Source: an uncultured delta proteobacterium (GTDB taxonomy: Bacteria; Desulfobacterota; Binatia; UBA9968). From it: a stretch of DNA of 64,000 nt. The stretch spans positions 128,001 through 192,000 of the forward strand of contig CAWDPO010000003.1 in the NCBI GenBank assembly GCA_963804165.1. The letters run 5' to 3'. The notes below the pieces were generated by a model that was not told where the DNA came from, did no database searches, and worked only from the letters and a program-made list of their open reading frames with translations. Position 1 is the first letter of the stretch, and each line of letters begins with the position of its first letter. A program made the translations under genes and the position numbers. Shown in pieces: positions 1-9,536 of the stretch.

Positions 1-1348
1 GGCGGACTACGCCGACCTCTATTTTGAGTATCGCCAAAACGAAGGCGTCAGTCTGGAAGAGGGGCTGGTGAAAAACTGCTCCCAGTCCACCGCCAATGGC
101 GTGGGGGTTCGCGTCCTCGCCGACACTAAAACCGGATACGCTTACACCGACGATATCACCATTGAAAATTTAGAGCTTGCCGCGCGCACGGCACATTACA
201 TCGCGCAAAACCGGCCGTCGGCGACCCCGGTGCCGGTCGGGCGGCAGCGCGGCGAGGCTCACGACCTCTATCCGATCAAAACACCGGTGAACGATGTCGC
301 GCTGGAGAAAAAAGTCGAGTTGCTTTACGACATCGATAAATATGCACGAGGCTTGGATACGCGCGTTAAAAACGTCTTCGTGTCTCTTGGCAGTGAATAT
401 AAAGTGATCCTCGTCGCTTCGTCCCAGGGTTTGGTCGTCGGTGATCTCCAGCCGCTAACGCGTCTCAACGTCACCTGTATCGTCGAGGAGGGCGGCAATC
501 GGCAGATCGGCAGCTTTGGCGGCGGCGGGCGAGTCGAGTTCGGCTTTTTTGTCGACAACCGGGATTGGCAGCGTTACGCGGGTGAAGCGGTGCGCCAAGC
601 GATCTTGAATTTGACCGCCATTGACGCGCCCGCTGGCACGATGGACGTAGTCCTCGGTTCGGGCTGGCCAGGCATATTGCTTCACGAAGCTATCGGCCAT
701 GGCCTGGAAGGCGATTTTAACCGCAAAAAGACTTCGGCGTTTTCTGATCGCATCGGCCAGAAAGTGGCGTCCGAATTATGCACCGTGGTCGATGACGGCA
801 CGATCCCGTCCCGCCGTGGCTCGATCAACGTCGACGACGAGGGCACGCCGACGCATCGGACCGTGCTGATCGAAAATGGCATCCTCAAAGGCTACTTGCA
901 GGACAAACTCAACGCCGGCCTGATGAAGATGCCGCTGACCGGCAACGGCCGGCGCGAAAGCTACGCGCACATTCCCATGCCGCGCATGACCAACACGTTT
1001 ATGCTCGCCGGCCAGTCGGCGCCGGAAGACATCGTCGGTTCGGTGAAAAAGGGACTCTACGCGGTTTCCTTCGGCGGCGGGCAAGTCGACATCACGAGCG
1101 GCAAGTTCGTTTTCTCAGCGAGCGAAGCGTATCTCATCGAAGACGGCAAGGTCACTCAGCCGGTGAAGGGCGCGACGCTGATCGGCAACGGTCCGGACGT
1201 CCTCACGCGCGTATCGATGGTTGGCTCGGATCTAAAACTGGACGAGGGCGTAGGCACCTGCGGCAAGGACGGACAATCGGTGCCGGTCGGCGTAGGCATG
1301 CCGACGATCAAGATCGACGGATTAACCGTGGGGGGGACGCGGGCGTAA
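1..1348 (+). CDS. tldD: TldD metalloprotease (5' end outside the window)
   Basis: Frame is open from position 2 (ADYADLYFEY...). Contains the HEAIGH zinc motif, GNGRRESY-PMPRMTNT and the C-terminal CGKDGQSVPVGVG; followed by pmbA. Confidence 0.95.
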   Translation, partial: ADYADLYFEYRQNEGVSLEEGLVKNCSQSTANGVGVRVLADTKTGYAYTDDITIENLELAARTAHYIAQNRPSATPVPVGRQRGEAHDLYPIKTPVNDVALEKKVELLYDIDKYARGLDTRVKNVFVSLGSEYKVILVASSQGLVVGDLQPLTRLNVTCIVEEGGNRQIGSFGGGGRVEFGFFVDNRDWQRYAGEAVRQAILNLTAIDAPAGTMDVVLGSGWPGILLHEAIGHGLEGDFNRKKTSAFSDRIGQKVASELCTVVDDGTIPSRRGSINVDDEGTPTHRTVLIENGILKGYLQDKLNAGLMKMPLTGNGRRESYAHIPMPRMTNTFMLAGQSAPEDIVGSVKKGLYAVSFGGGQVDITSGKFVFSASEAYLIEDGKVTQPVKGATLIGNGPDVLTRVSMVGSDLKLDEGVGTCGKDGQSVPVGVGMPTIKIDGLTVGGTRA

Positions 1349-1356
1349 CGGCTAAA

Positions 1357-1452
1357 GTTCCAATCGTTCCAAATGTTTCAATCGTTCCAATAGTTCATGA
1401 ATTGAAAATCCGAAACGATTGGAACCGCTGGAACGAATGGAACGTCTGGAAC
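1357..1452. repeat. Inverted pair of 9-mer tandem repeats (GTTCCAATC-like / GATTGGAAC-like)
   Basis: Left arm GTTCCAATC GTTCCAAAT GTTTCAATC GTTCCAA (1357-1390); complementary right arm GATTGGAAC CGCTGGAAC GAATGGAAC GTCTGGAAC (1417-1452). Confidence 0.85.
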
Positions 1453-1464
1453 GCGGGTGAAAAC

Positions 1465-2820
1465 ATGGAACGACTGGAACTAAGCCAACAATTGGGCCGG
1501 GATATTTTATCGATGGCCAAAGCCAAAGGCGCGTCGCAGGGCGACGTCGTGATGGCGGAGAGCGAATCGTTCTTCGTCACCGTGCGCATGGGCGAGGTCG
1601 AGAAGATCAGCCAGGCGGGCGAAAAGCGCTTGGGGTTACGGCTATTCTTCGCCAATAGTTCAGCTTCGGCATCGACATCGGATATTTCGCAGAAATCGAT
1701 TGAGAAGCTGGTCGACGATACCGCGCGAATGGCTAAAGTGACGGCGCAAGATCCGCATGGCGGTTTACCGGACGCGGCGGATCTCGCGCGCGAGGTGCCG
1801 CAGCTGGATTTGCTCGATGATTCGGCACGCGCGGTTTCCGTCGACGAGAAGATTCAGATCGCGCTCGATGCCGAGAAAACCGCTCTGAGTTACGATCCGC
1901 GCATTACGAATTCCGAGGGCGCGGAGTTTTCTAACCAATTCGGCCGGGTGATTTACGCGAGCAGCCACGGCTTTTCCGGCGAGTACTCCGGCTCGACATT
2001 CGGCCACTCCGTCTCACCCATCGCCGCGCAGAATGGATCCATGCAGCGCGACTATTGGTACTCGTCGAACCGAAAATTTGCCAAGCTGGATTCGCCAAAG
2101 ACCGTCGGCGACCGGGCCGCGCAGCGTGTGCTGCGAAGACTCGGCGCGCGCAAGGTAAAAACCTGCGAAGTCCCGATCGTCTTCGATCCGGAAATGGCGG
2201 CGTCGCTGATTCGCAATCTATCGTCCGCCTTATCCGGTTACGCACTGTATAAGGGCGCGTCGTTTTTGATCGGGAAGCTAGGAACTAGCATAGGCTCGGA
2301 ATTTCTTACAGTGATCGATGACGCGACAATTCCGGGCGCACTCGGCTCGCGGCCGTTCGACGCCGAGGGACTGCCGACGCGGAAAAAATCGGTTGTGGAG
2401 CGGGGTGAGCTCAAGAGTTACTTGCTCGATACCTATAGCGGTAAGAAACTCGGGATGAAATCCACCGGCAATGCTTCTCGTTCCGTGGGCGAACCGCCCG
2501 GAGTTTCCCCTGCCAATTTTCATCTCGTTCCCGGCAAAGATTCACCGGAGCGTATCGTCAAGTCCGTGAAGGCCGGTTTGTACGTGACTGAGATGATCGG
2601 CTTCGGCGTCAACATGGTCACGGGCGACTACTCCCGCGGCGCCGCCGGCCAGTGGATCGAAAACGGCGAGTTCGCTTATCCCGTCGAAGAGATCACGATT
2701 GCCGGCAACCTCAAAGAGATGTTTCAGAACATTGAGATGGTCGGCAACGATCTCGAAATGCGCGGGCGGATAGCGTCGCCGACGATCAAGATCTCGCAGA
2801 TGACGGTAGCGGGGGACTGA
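1465..2820 (+). CDS. pmbA: PmbA/TldE protein
   Basis: MQRDYWYS, SRPFDAEG, YLLDTYSGKKLG..STGNA, GVNMVTGDYSRGAAG, PVEEITIAGNL. Start set at ATG 1465 because the ORF-track extension is translated repeat. Confidence 0.95.
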   Translation: MERLELSQQLGRDILSMAKAKGASQGDVVMAESESFFVTVRMGEVEKISQAGEKRLGLRLFFANSSASASTSDISQKSIEKLVDDTARMAKVTAQDPHGGLPDAADLAREVPQLDLLDDSARAVSVDEKIQIALDAEKTALSYDPRITNSEGAEFSNQFGRVIYASSHGFSGEYSGSTFGHSVSPIAAQNGSMQRDYWYSSNRKFAKLDSPKTVGDRAAQRVLRRLGARKVKTCEVPIVFDPEMAASLIRNLSSALSGYALYKGASFLIGKLGTSIGSEFLTVIDDATIPGALGSRPFDAEGLPTRKKSVVERGELKSYLLDTYSGKKLGMKSTGNASRSVGEPPGVSPANFHLVPGKDSPERIVKSVKAGLYVTEMIGFGVNMVTGDYSRGAAGQWIENGEFAYPVEEITIAGNLKEMFQNIEMVGNDLEMRGRIASPTIKISQMTVAGD

Positions 2821-2826
2821 AAGCTC

Positions 2827-2867
2827 GGTTCAAGGTTCCACGTTCAAGGTTCAAGGTTAAAGGTTAA
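2827..2867. repeat. Heptamer tandem repeat (GGTTCAA)n, single arm
   Basis: GGTTCAA GGTTCCA CGTTCAA GGTTCAA GGTTAAA GGTTAA directly after the pmbA stop. Confidence 0.85.
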
Positions 2868-2878
2868 CCCGTGAAGTT

Positions 2879-3085
2879 CTACAGCACCTGAAATCCCGCC
2901 TTCAACGCGGCGCGCAAAAAATCGTCGATGTGAGATTGGCTTGGATCGAATTCGATCACGGCGACGCTCCGCTCTAAACTAAAATCAATCTTCGTTACGC
3001 CCGGTAACTCAAAAGCGGCGCGCAGGCGCGGTGTATCCTCCGTTTTTAAATTCGCGATTGAGAGTATGGCCGTTTTTGTGCTCAT
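2879..3085 (-). CDS. HMA/CopZ-like small protein lacking CxxC
   Basis: 68 aa with an HMA-like pattern (LPGVTKIDFSLERSVAVIEFDP...ALKAGFQV) and no cysteines. Confidence 0.6.
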   Translation of the reverse strand: MSTKTAILSIANLKTEDTPRLRAAFELPGVTKIDFSLERSVAVIEFDPSQSHIDDFLRAALKAGFQVL

Positions 3086-3300
3086 CTTGCCTTGCTTGTT
3101 TTTGAATTTGACAAAACTTTCCTGGATTCGCAACCGATCGCGCTCTTAGTGGATCAGTTAAATCGCTAAAAGTCACCGTTTGCTGCGTAATTTTCTTGAC
3201 GTTCGCCGCCTGGATATGTGACATTAAGCGCGCTGATACTGCTTCAGGCGCAACGTTTCGATTCAAAAGATTTGCGACAATCTAAAAAGGAGGGGCGAAC

Positions 3301-3732
3301 ATGGCGTACGATGTGGCCAAGCTTTTGACCATGACCCAGGCTGAGCTCGACACTCTTTTCACCAACAGTCTCGTCGGCGATATCCCGGATGGAGAGGCAG
3401 ACGGCACCGCGATCGTCGCGCCCGGGACTCATTTCAGTCCGACCATCGCCAAATTCATAAGTTTCTTCGCATGGCAGGGAAAAGTTTTTGACGCGAAAAA
3501 GGGTGTTCTGAAAAACCGAATATCTCCTTTCGGGCTGAACGCGATCATCGCCAAGGTCTACAAGGGACCGAGCTGGCTCGACGGGAAGGAATGCATCGTT
3601 TTGGATTATTCCGACACATCGACCGTGGCGCAGTGGATCAGGGATGAGATCCGTCAAATTGAGCCTGGGTTGTATTTGGGAAAAGTCTACTGGGACAAGA
3701 GCCGGTTGATCGATTTCGCGTTGAAGTTTTGA
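3301..3732 (+). CDS. Conserved hypothetical protein, first gene of the di-haem/GMC cluster
   Basis: Strong RBS (AAGGAGG). Trp/Gly-rich, beta-strand-like motifs WQGKVF, SWLDGKECIVLDYS, IRDEIRQIEPGLYLG. Confidence 0.85.
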   Translation: MAYDVAKLLTMTQAELDTLFTNSLVGDIPDGEADGTAIVAPGTHFSPTIAKFISFFAWQGKVFDAKKGVLKNRISPFGLNAIIAKVYKGPSWLDGKECIVLDYSDTSTVAQWIRDEIRQIEPGLYLGKVYWDKSRLIDFALKF

Positions 3733-3985
3733 GGGGCTGAGAGGCGGCGATTAGAAATCAATCATTCGCCACGCGAGCGACACCCGGAGACGCTTCGTGC
3801 GGATAACTCGCCGCCACTTTCCCGAACCACTTAAATCACGCGTCAAAAGTATTTTTCTGCCGTTCAACAGTGAAACCTTGGGTTTTGTTCGATCAAAGAT
3901 TAACAACGCTTGAAGCATTGGCTTCCTGGCGCGGGCGCCTGGGCGATGTGAATTCGCTCGAGACGGTCGTGGCGGATGACGGCTT

Positions 3986-5509
3986 ATGGACGAAAGAACC
4001 TCTATGTCGCCCACCCAACGTTTTCTAAACCTAATCGGATTGTTTACGGTTGCTGCGTTGGTTGTCGCGCTTTTGGCAGGCGCGTGGCTGTTGGGCCGCT
4101 TCGGTGCCGATAGGCCTGTCGTTTACAAAGACGATCTCGATCACTTCAAATATGGATCGCTCGGCAGCGAGCATGAGTTCGGCGTGCCTTATTGGATTTG
4201 GCGCGCCTTGCCGGAACTTTTTGCCGACAAGCTTCCCGGCAAAGGATTGGAGTCCCTCGGTTTCGTTTTCGAGAAGGGCAAAGTATTGCCCGCCGGCATG
4301 TCACAGCGGCGCTATCTCGGATTCGATTTAGTCTGGTTGAACTGCGCTATCTGTCACACCGGCACGGTGCGCGAGTCACCACAGAGCGCGCCGAAGGTCT
4401 ACGCGGCCATGCCTGCCAATACTTTTGATTTTCGTGCTTTCACGCGATTTCTCTTCGCCGCGGGCGAAGACCGACGCTTTACTCCGCGCGACATCATACG
4501 CCAGATCAACGTCATTCGGCGCCGTGAGGGGCTGAGGGATCTGCCGCTGATCGAGCGGTTGGTGTTTCGCTTCTACGCCATTTACTACATGCGCGAGCGG
4601 TTGCTTACACTGCGGGATCGATTGAATTTTATCAAAGAAGAGCCGGAATGGGGCCCGGGGCGGGTGGATACTTTCAATCCGCTGAAGGCCTATTTCAATT
4701 TTCCGCCCGAGAAGTTGTCTAAGGAAGAACGCATCGGTACGACGGATTTCCCGTCGATTTGGTACCAAGGTCAGCGTGAGACACTGAAGATGAATCTCCA
4801 CTGGGACGGCAACAATGTTTCTCTCGAGGAGCGCAACCGTAGCGCCGCCATGGGCACCGGCATTACACCGCCTACAGGGGATCGGCCGAGCTTAAAACGC
4901 GTCGCCGATTGGCTGCGCGACCTCGCCTCGCCGCCCTATCCATTCAAAATCGACAAGGATATCGCTGCGCAGGGCGCACCGATTTACAAGAAATACTGCG
5001 CCGAGTGCCATGGCGCCGACGGCAAGGATTTCCGCGGCGAATACGCCGGCAAAGTCGTGCCGATCGACGAAATCGGTACGGACCGGCATCGATTGGATTC
5101 TTACACTTACGACGTCGCGGTCAACCAAAACATGATTTTTGCCGGCTACGGCGACGAGCGCTTCAGCCACTTCCGCAAGACCTTCGGATATGCCAACAGC
5201 CCGCTGGATGGCTTGTGGCTGCGGGCGCCGTATTTGCACAACGGCTCCGTACCCACGCTGCGGGATTTGCTCGAACCTAGCGCTAAGCGGCCGAAAACTT
5301 TTTATCGCGGCTACGACGTCTATGATCAGAAAAGAGTCGGTTTCGTCGGCGATGTTGCGGAGGAGAAGGGCAAGAAGTTTTTTCTTTTCGATACCGATGA
5401 GACCAAGCAGCCGGGCAATTCCAACAAAGGGCACGAGGGAAAGCGCTTTGGCACCGAGCTGTCTACTGCCGAGAAAGACACTCTGGTTGAATATCTCAAG
5501 ACTTTCTAG
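3986..5509 (+). CDS. Membrane-anchored di-haem cytochrome c, RoxA/MauG-like
   Basis: N-terminal TM helix; CAICH and CAECH haem motifs; RAPYLHNGSVPTL motif; HFKYGSLG. Confidence 0.85.
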   Translation: MDERTSMSPTQRFLNLIGLFTVAALVVALLAGAWLLGRFGADRPVVYKDDLDHFKYGSLGSEHEFGVPYWIWRALPELFADKLPGKGLESLGFVFEKGKVLPAGMSQRRYLGFDLVWLNCAICHTGTVRESPQSAPKVYAAMPANTFDFRAFTRFLFAAGEDRRFTPRDIIRQINVIRRREGLRDLPLIERLVFRFYAIYYMRERLLTLRDRLNFIKEEPEWGPGRVDTFNPLKAYFNFPPEKLSKEERIGTTDFPSIWYQGQRETLKMNLHWDGNNVSLEERNRSAAMGTGITPPTGDRPSLKRVADWLRDLASPPYPFKIDKDIAAQGAPIYKKYCAECHGADGKDFRGEYAGKVVPIDEIGTDRHRLDSYTYDVAVNQNMIFAGYGDERFSHFRKTFGYANSPLDGLWLRAPYLHNGSVPTLRDLLEPSAKRPKTFYRGYDVYDQKRVGFVGDVAEEKGKKFFLFDTDETKQPGNSNKGHEGKRFGTELSTAEKDTLVEYLKTF

Positions 5510-5560
5510 ATCGCCGATTCGTGCTGCGGAATAGCGGAATAATGGACGGAGGTAGGAAGG

Positions 5561-7024
5561 ATGGCTGACGCGCAGAAAAAGAAATCGTGGTGGAAAATTT
5601 GTTTGCTGCTTGTTGTTGTCCTGGCGGCAGTCGGCGGGGCCATCGGCTGGTACAAGTTCTTTCGCGAGGAGCCGCAGCCGGATTGGGTAACGGCGACACC
5701 GGACATGCGCTTCAAGTACGGCTCCATTGGCGCCGAGCACGACGCCGGCATCCCATACTGGATTTTCTTCGTGATGCCCCGCATGTTTCCGGAAAAATTG
5801 CCCGGCCCGGGCGGATACGCCTCGTTGGGCGTCGCATGGGAACAGGGACAAGAACTACCGGTTGGTTTCACCAAGAAAGTCATAGGGTTTCCGCGCGTAG
5901 CGAATAATTGCGCGTCCTGCCACGTGGCGAGCTATCGCAAGAGCGCCAGTGACAGTCCGGTATTCGTACCGACCGGACCGAACCATACGCTCAACCTTCA
6001 GGCGTTCTTTCGCTTCGTCGTTGATTGCGCCAAGGATCCACGCTTTAACGCAGACGAGATCATGAGTGAGATCGCGCTTGTTTACAAAATGCCCGTGCTC
6101 GATAAATTGATCTATCGCTACCTGTTGATCCCGATCACCAAAAAGCGCTTGCTCGAGCGCGAGAAGCAATTTCAATGGGTCTATCACAAGGAGTTTCCGC
6201 TGTGGGGCCGCGGGCGCGACGATGCCATGAATCTCACCAAATATTTTTTACTCAACTGGCCGATGGACGACAGTATCGGCCCCACCGATATGCCGTCGGT
6301 ATGGAATCTCAACAAGTACAAGCCGGAGAAGGGTATGCTGATGAATCTCGCCGGCGACAGCCACGACGCGCGCTCGGTGATTATCGACTCGGCGCTCGGA
6401 TTGCTCAGCGCCGCGCCGCACAACCGCGAGGAATTTCTGGAGCAAATCGATTGGCTGGTAAAATATCTGGGCGAAAAGCAAGCTCCTAAATTCCCGTTTC
6501 CGATCAATCCGGCGCAAGCCGATGCCGGCAAGGCCGTTTTCGACAGCAATTGCGCTCGTTGTCACGCCAGCGAGCGCACCGGCACGCGCGTGCCGGCGGA
6601 GGAGATCGGCACGGATCGCGAGCGGCTCAAAACTTGGAGCAAGCAGGCTGCGATCGAATCGAACAAGGTGGTGCGCAATTTCGGCATCGAGCGACGCGGT
6701 CTCGTGGAGATCGAACCGAGCGGCTACATCGCGGCGTTTCTCGACGGCATTTGGCTGCGGGCGCCGTATCTACACAACGGTTCGGTGCCCACGCTGCGCG
6801 ACATGCTCAAACCGGTCGCCGAGCGACCGAAAGTATTTTATCGCGGCTATGATGTTTATGATCCGGTCGATGTCGGGTTTGTGACGCAAGGCGCCGAAGC
6901 CGAGCGGGTGGGGACGAAGTACGATGTGAGCCAGCGTGCCAGCGGCAACCAAGGGCACGAATTCGGCATCAGCTTGTCCGCCAAGGAAAAGGACGCGCTG
7001 ATCGAGTATTTGAAGACGCTGTGA
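5561..7024 (+). CDS. Membrane-anchored di-haem cytochrome c, RoxA/MauG-like (paralog)
   Basis: N-terminal TM helix; CASCH and CARCH; RAPYLHNGSVPTL; RFKYGSIG; collinear with the preceding gene. Confidence 0.85.
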   Translation: MADAQKKKSWWKICLLLVVVLAAVGGAIGWYKFFREEPQPDWVTATPDMRFKYGSIGAEHDAGIPYWIFFVMPRMFPEKLPGPGGYASLGVAWEQGQELPVGFTKKVIGFPRVANNCASCHVASYRKSASDSPVFVPTGPNHTLNLQAFFRFVVDCAKDPRFNADEIMSEIALVYKMPVLDKLIYRYLLIPITKKRLLEREKQFQWVYHKEFPLWGRGRDDAMNLTKYFLLNWPMDDSIGPTDMPSVWNLNKYKPEKGMLMNLAGDSHDARSVIIDSALGLLSAAPHNREEFLEQIDWLVKYLGEKQAPKFPFPINPAQADAGKAVFDSNCARCHASERTGTRVPAEEIGTDRERLKTWSKQAAIESNKVVRNFGIERRGLVEIEPSGYIAAFLDGIWLRAPYLHNGSVPTLRDMLKPVAERPKVFYRGYDVYDPVDVGFVTQGAEAERVGTKYDVSQRASGNQGHEFGISLSAKEKDALIEYLKTL

Positions 7025-7113
7025 CGGCTCGGGGTCTATTGGGACAGATCGGTCCGCTGAAAGCGGAGTGGACTTTTGCTTGCGCGGTAACGCCGATGTT
7101 GAGGGGAGTAAGA

Positions 7114-9510
7114 ATGATTAGCTTACGATCGGTCAACTTAATGTTGATTTGGTTTGTCGTGTTCATCACTTGGGGGTGTGGCAAGAAATCGCCCGAGCCC
7201 GGCACGGTCAAAGACGAGGCGCTGATGGTGGGGCGCATGGCGGAGAGCTTCCCGGCGGCTGATGAGGATTATTTCAAAGAAATGGACGCTGCGTTGGAGC
7301 TCACCGCGAACGAAATCAAAGGACGGAACAACTGGATCGTCTGGACCGGCGGCAACGATCGCTTTTGGGACCACCTCGCCAACAACAGCTTTGGCGCCTT
7401 GGATTTCCTAAAAACTCTTTCATCTCACGCAAGCATCAAACACTTCAGCCGCGACAATCGCTGGCGCTATCTGGGTTTAGTCAACGAGCCCTGCTTCGAA
7501 AAAGCCAAGGGACCGCGCGCCGATCGTTTCGGCCTATGGCTCGACACGCGCGGCAAGGATTGCCCCGCAGACCCGTTTGAAAACGAGCAGAAATATCCCG
7601 GCGTCAAGATCGGCGCGCGGGGTAAAAATATCCCCGTGGGCTCTTACTATGGTTATGCAACCGGTGTCGTCGGATTGCGCCTCTTTCCCAATCCGGAATT
7701 CGACGAAGCGGCGGCGAAAAAATGGGACGCGGAGAAATTTTATACCGATCCCAATTATTACAACGACAAGAATTTGATTCGGCCCTATCGGGTCGGCATG
7801 TCGTGCGGTTTCTGCCACGTTGGGCCGAGCCCGGTGAAGCCACCCGCCGATCCGGAAAATCCCCAATGGGCCAACCTGAACTCCAATCCCGGCGCGCAAT
7901 ATTTTTGGGTGGACCGGGTCTTTTTCTGGGATAAGGACGACGCGAGTTTCGCTTTTCAACTGTTTCATACCTCGTTGCCAGGGACGCTCGACACTTCTTT
8001 TATTTCCACCGACTACATCAACAATCCGCGGACGATGAACGCGGTCTATAATGTGCTGCCGCGGTTGGGGCCGGCTTTGCGCTGGGGCAGAGAAAAACTC
8101 ACCGGCGGCGGTCTCAAGAACAAGCAGTTTCAGGACTTCAAGCAGACCGCTGCGTTATCGCAGTTTTACAAAGCGCCGGACACGGTGATGACGCCGCGAG
8201 TACTCAAGGACGGCGCCGACTCGGTGGGCATTCTGGGAGCGCTCAATCGTGTCTTCATCAACATCGGGCTATTCAGCGAGGAGTGGTTGTTGCATTTCAA
8301 TCCGCTGGTCGGCGGTAAGGAGATTACGCCGATCAGGATCGAAGACGCGGAGAAAAACTCCAGCTATTGGAACGCCACGGTGAATCAGACCGCCGACGTG
8401 GCGTTATTCTTTCTCAAGACGGCAAAACCCGATCTGCTCAAGGATGCGCCGGGCGGCAGCGACTATTTAACCGCCGATAGAGCCACGCTGGACCGCGGCA
8501 AGCTTGCCTTCGCGACTTACTGCGCGCGGTGTCATTCGAGCAAGATTCCCGAGGCGCCGGCAAACGTCGATGAGTCCAAGTGGGACCAATATTGGGCCTG
8601 GACCAAGACCGACGATTTCAAAGAAAAGATGAAAGCCATAGCCTTGGCCGAAGATTTTCTCACCGATAATTATCTCTCCACCGAACGGCGCATCCCCGTG
8701 ACCTTGCTGCAGACCAACGCGTGCAGTCCGCTGGCGACCAACGCCCTCGGCGGCAACATCTGGGATAATTTTTCATCGCAAACTTATAAAGACTTACCGT
8801 CGGCGGGAAAGATGACGCTCTACAATCCGATCGACGGCACGCCATTCGAATACGAATTACCGGCCGGCGGGCGCGGCTATACGCGCGTGCCGTCGCTGAT
8901 CAGTTTGTGGTCGACGGCGCCGTTCTTGTTGAACAACTCCGTGGGCAAGTTCAACTGGAATCCCTCCGTCGAGTCGCGCATGGATTCGTTCAACGATGCC
9001 ATCGAAAAAATGCTCTGGCCGGAAAAGCGCGACAAGGATCCGATTCTCGGCGATAAGGTGCCCGGTTACGTTTATCGCACGACGACGACCAGCTACATCA
9101 AAGCTCCCGCGGGTTATTTGCCGGACAAGTTGGGTAAGTTGCTCAGCTGGGGCGATTGGCTGCATAATCTGTTCCCGTGGCTCTTCAGTGAGGGGATGAT
9201 CAAAATCGGACCGATCCCCAAAGGCACACCGGTCAGTTTGCTTACCAACGTCGATCTGGAATCGGACAAACTCGATCTCGTCAAGCTCTTACTCAAGATG
9301 AAGGCCGACTTGAAACAGGTCGAAGGCAAGAGCGAGGAGGAAGCGGCGCAAGTCTTTAAAAATCTCGTGCCAGATCTGATCAAAGCCAGCAAATGTCCGG
9401 ACTACGTCGTGAACAAAGGCCACTATTTCGGGACGAGCTTTTTGAAGGAAGAGCCGCCGATGAGCGACGATGATAAGCGCGCGCTGGTTCACTTCCTAAA
9501 AACCTTCTAG
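7114..9510 (+). CDS. Large di-haem cytochrome c lipoprotein
   Basis: RBS GAGGGGAG before ATG 7114; lipobox-like FITWGC; CGFCH and CARCH; degenerate MauG-like motif TAPFLLNNSVG; C-terminal VNKGHYFG...FLKTF resembling the two paralogs. Confidence 0.8.
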   Translation: MISLRSVNLMLIWFVVFITWGCGKKSPEPGTVKDEALMVGRMAESFPAADEDYFKEMDAALELTANEIKGRNNWIVWTGGNDRFWDHLANNSFGALDFLKTLSSHASIKHFSRDNRWRYLGLVNEPCFEKAKGPRADRFGLWLDTRGKDCPADPFENEQKYPGVKIGARGKNIPVGSYYGYATGVVGLRLFPNPEFDEAAAKKWDAEKFYTDPNYYNDKNLIRPYRVGMSCGFCHVGPSPVKPPADPENPQWANLNSNPGAQYFWVDRVFFWDKDDASFAFQLFHTSLPGTLDTSFISTDYINNPRTMNAVYNVLPRLGPALRWGREKLTGGGLKNKQFQDFKQTAALSQFYKAPDTVMTPRVLKDGADSVGILGALNRVFINIGLFSEEWLLHFNPLVGGKEITPIRIEDAEKNSSYWNATVNQTADVALFFLKTAKPDLLKDAPGGSDYLTADRATLDRGKLAFATYCARCHSSKIPEAPANVDESKWDQYWAWTKTDDFKEKMKAIALAEDFLTDNYLSTERRIPVTLLQTNACSPLATNALGGNIWDNFSSQTYKDLPSAGKMTLYNPIDGTPFEYELPAGGRGYTRVPSLISLWSTAPFLLNNSVGKFNWNPSVESRMDSFNDAIEKMLWPEKRDKDPILGDKVPGYVYRTTTTSYIKAPAGYLPDKLGKLLSWGDWLHNLFPWLFSEGMIKIGPIPKGTPVSLLTNVDLESDKLDLVKLLLKMKADLKQVEGKSEEEAAQVFKNLVPDLIKASKCPDYVVNKGHYFGTSFLKEEPPMSDDDKRALVHFLKTF

Positions 9511-9536
9511 TTGCAATCGCGTAAGATTACATTCGA

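Noticed and set aside
1402-1464. N-terminal extension WNRWNEWNVWN on PmbA
   Set aside because: It is the translated 9-mer repeat arm; the real start is probably ATG 1465.
1-2820. TldD/PmbA as maturation protease for a neighbouring peptide cluster
   Set aside because: No precursor peptide or YcaO/radical-SAM maturase is nearby, and tldDE is a widespread housekeeping pair.
3883-3896. Possible FNR box upstream of the first di-haem gene
   Set aside because: Only the ATCAA half-site matches TTGAT-N4-ATCAA.
4892-5851. 319-aa minus-strand ORF
   Set aside because: Antisense to two well-supported cytochrome c genes and has no motifs.
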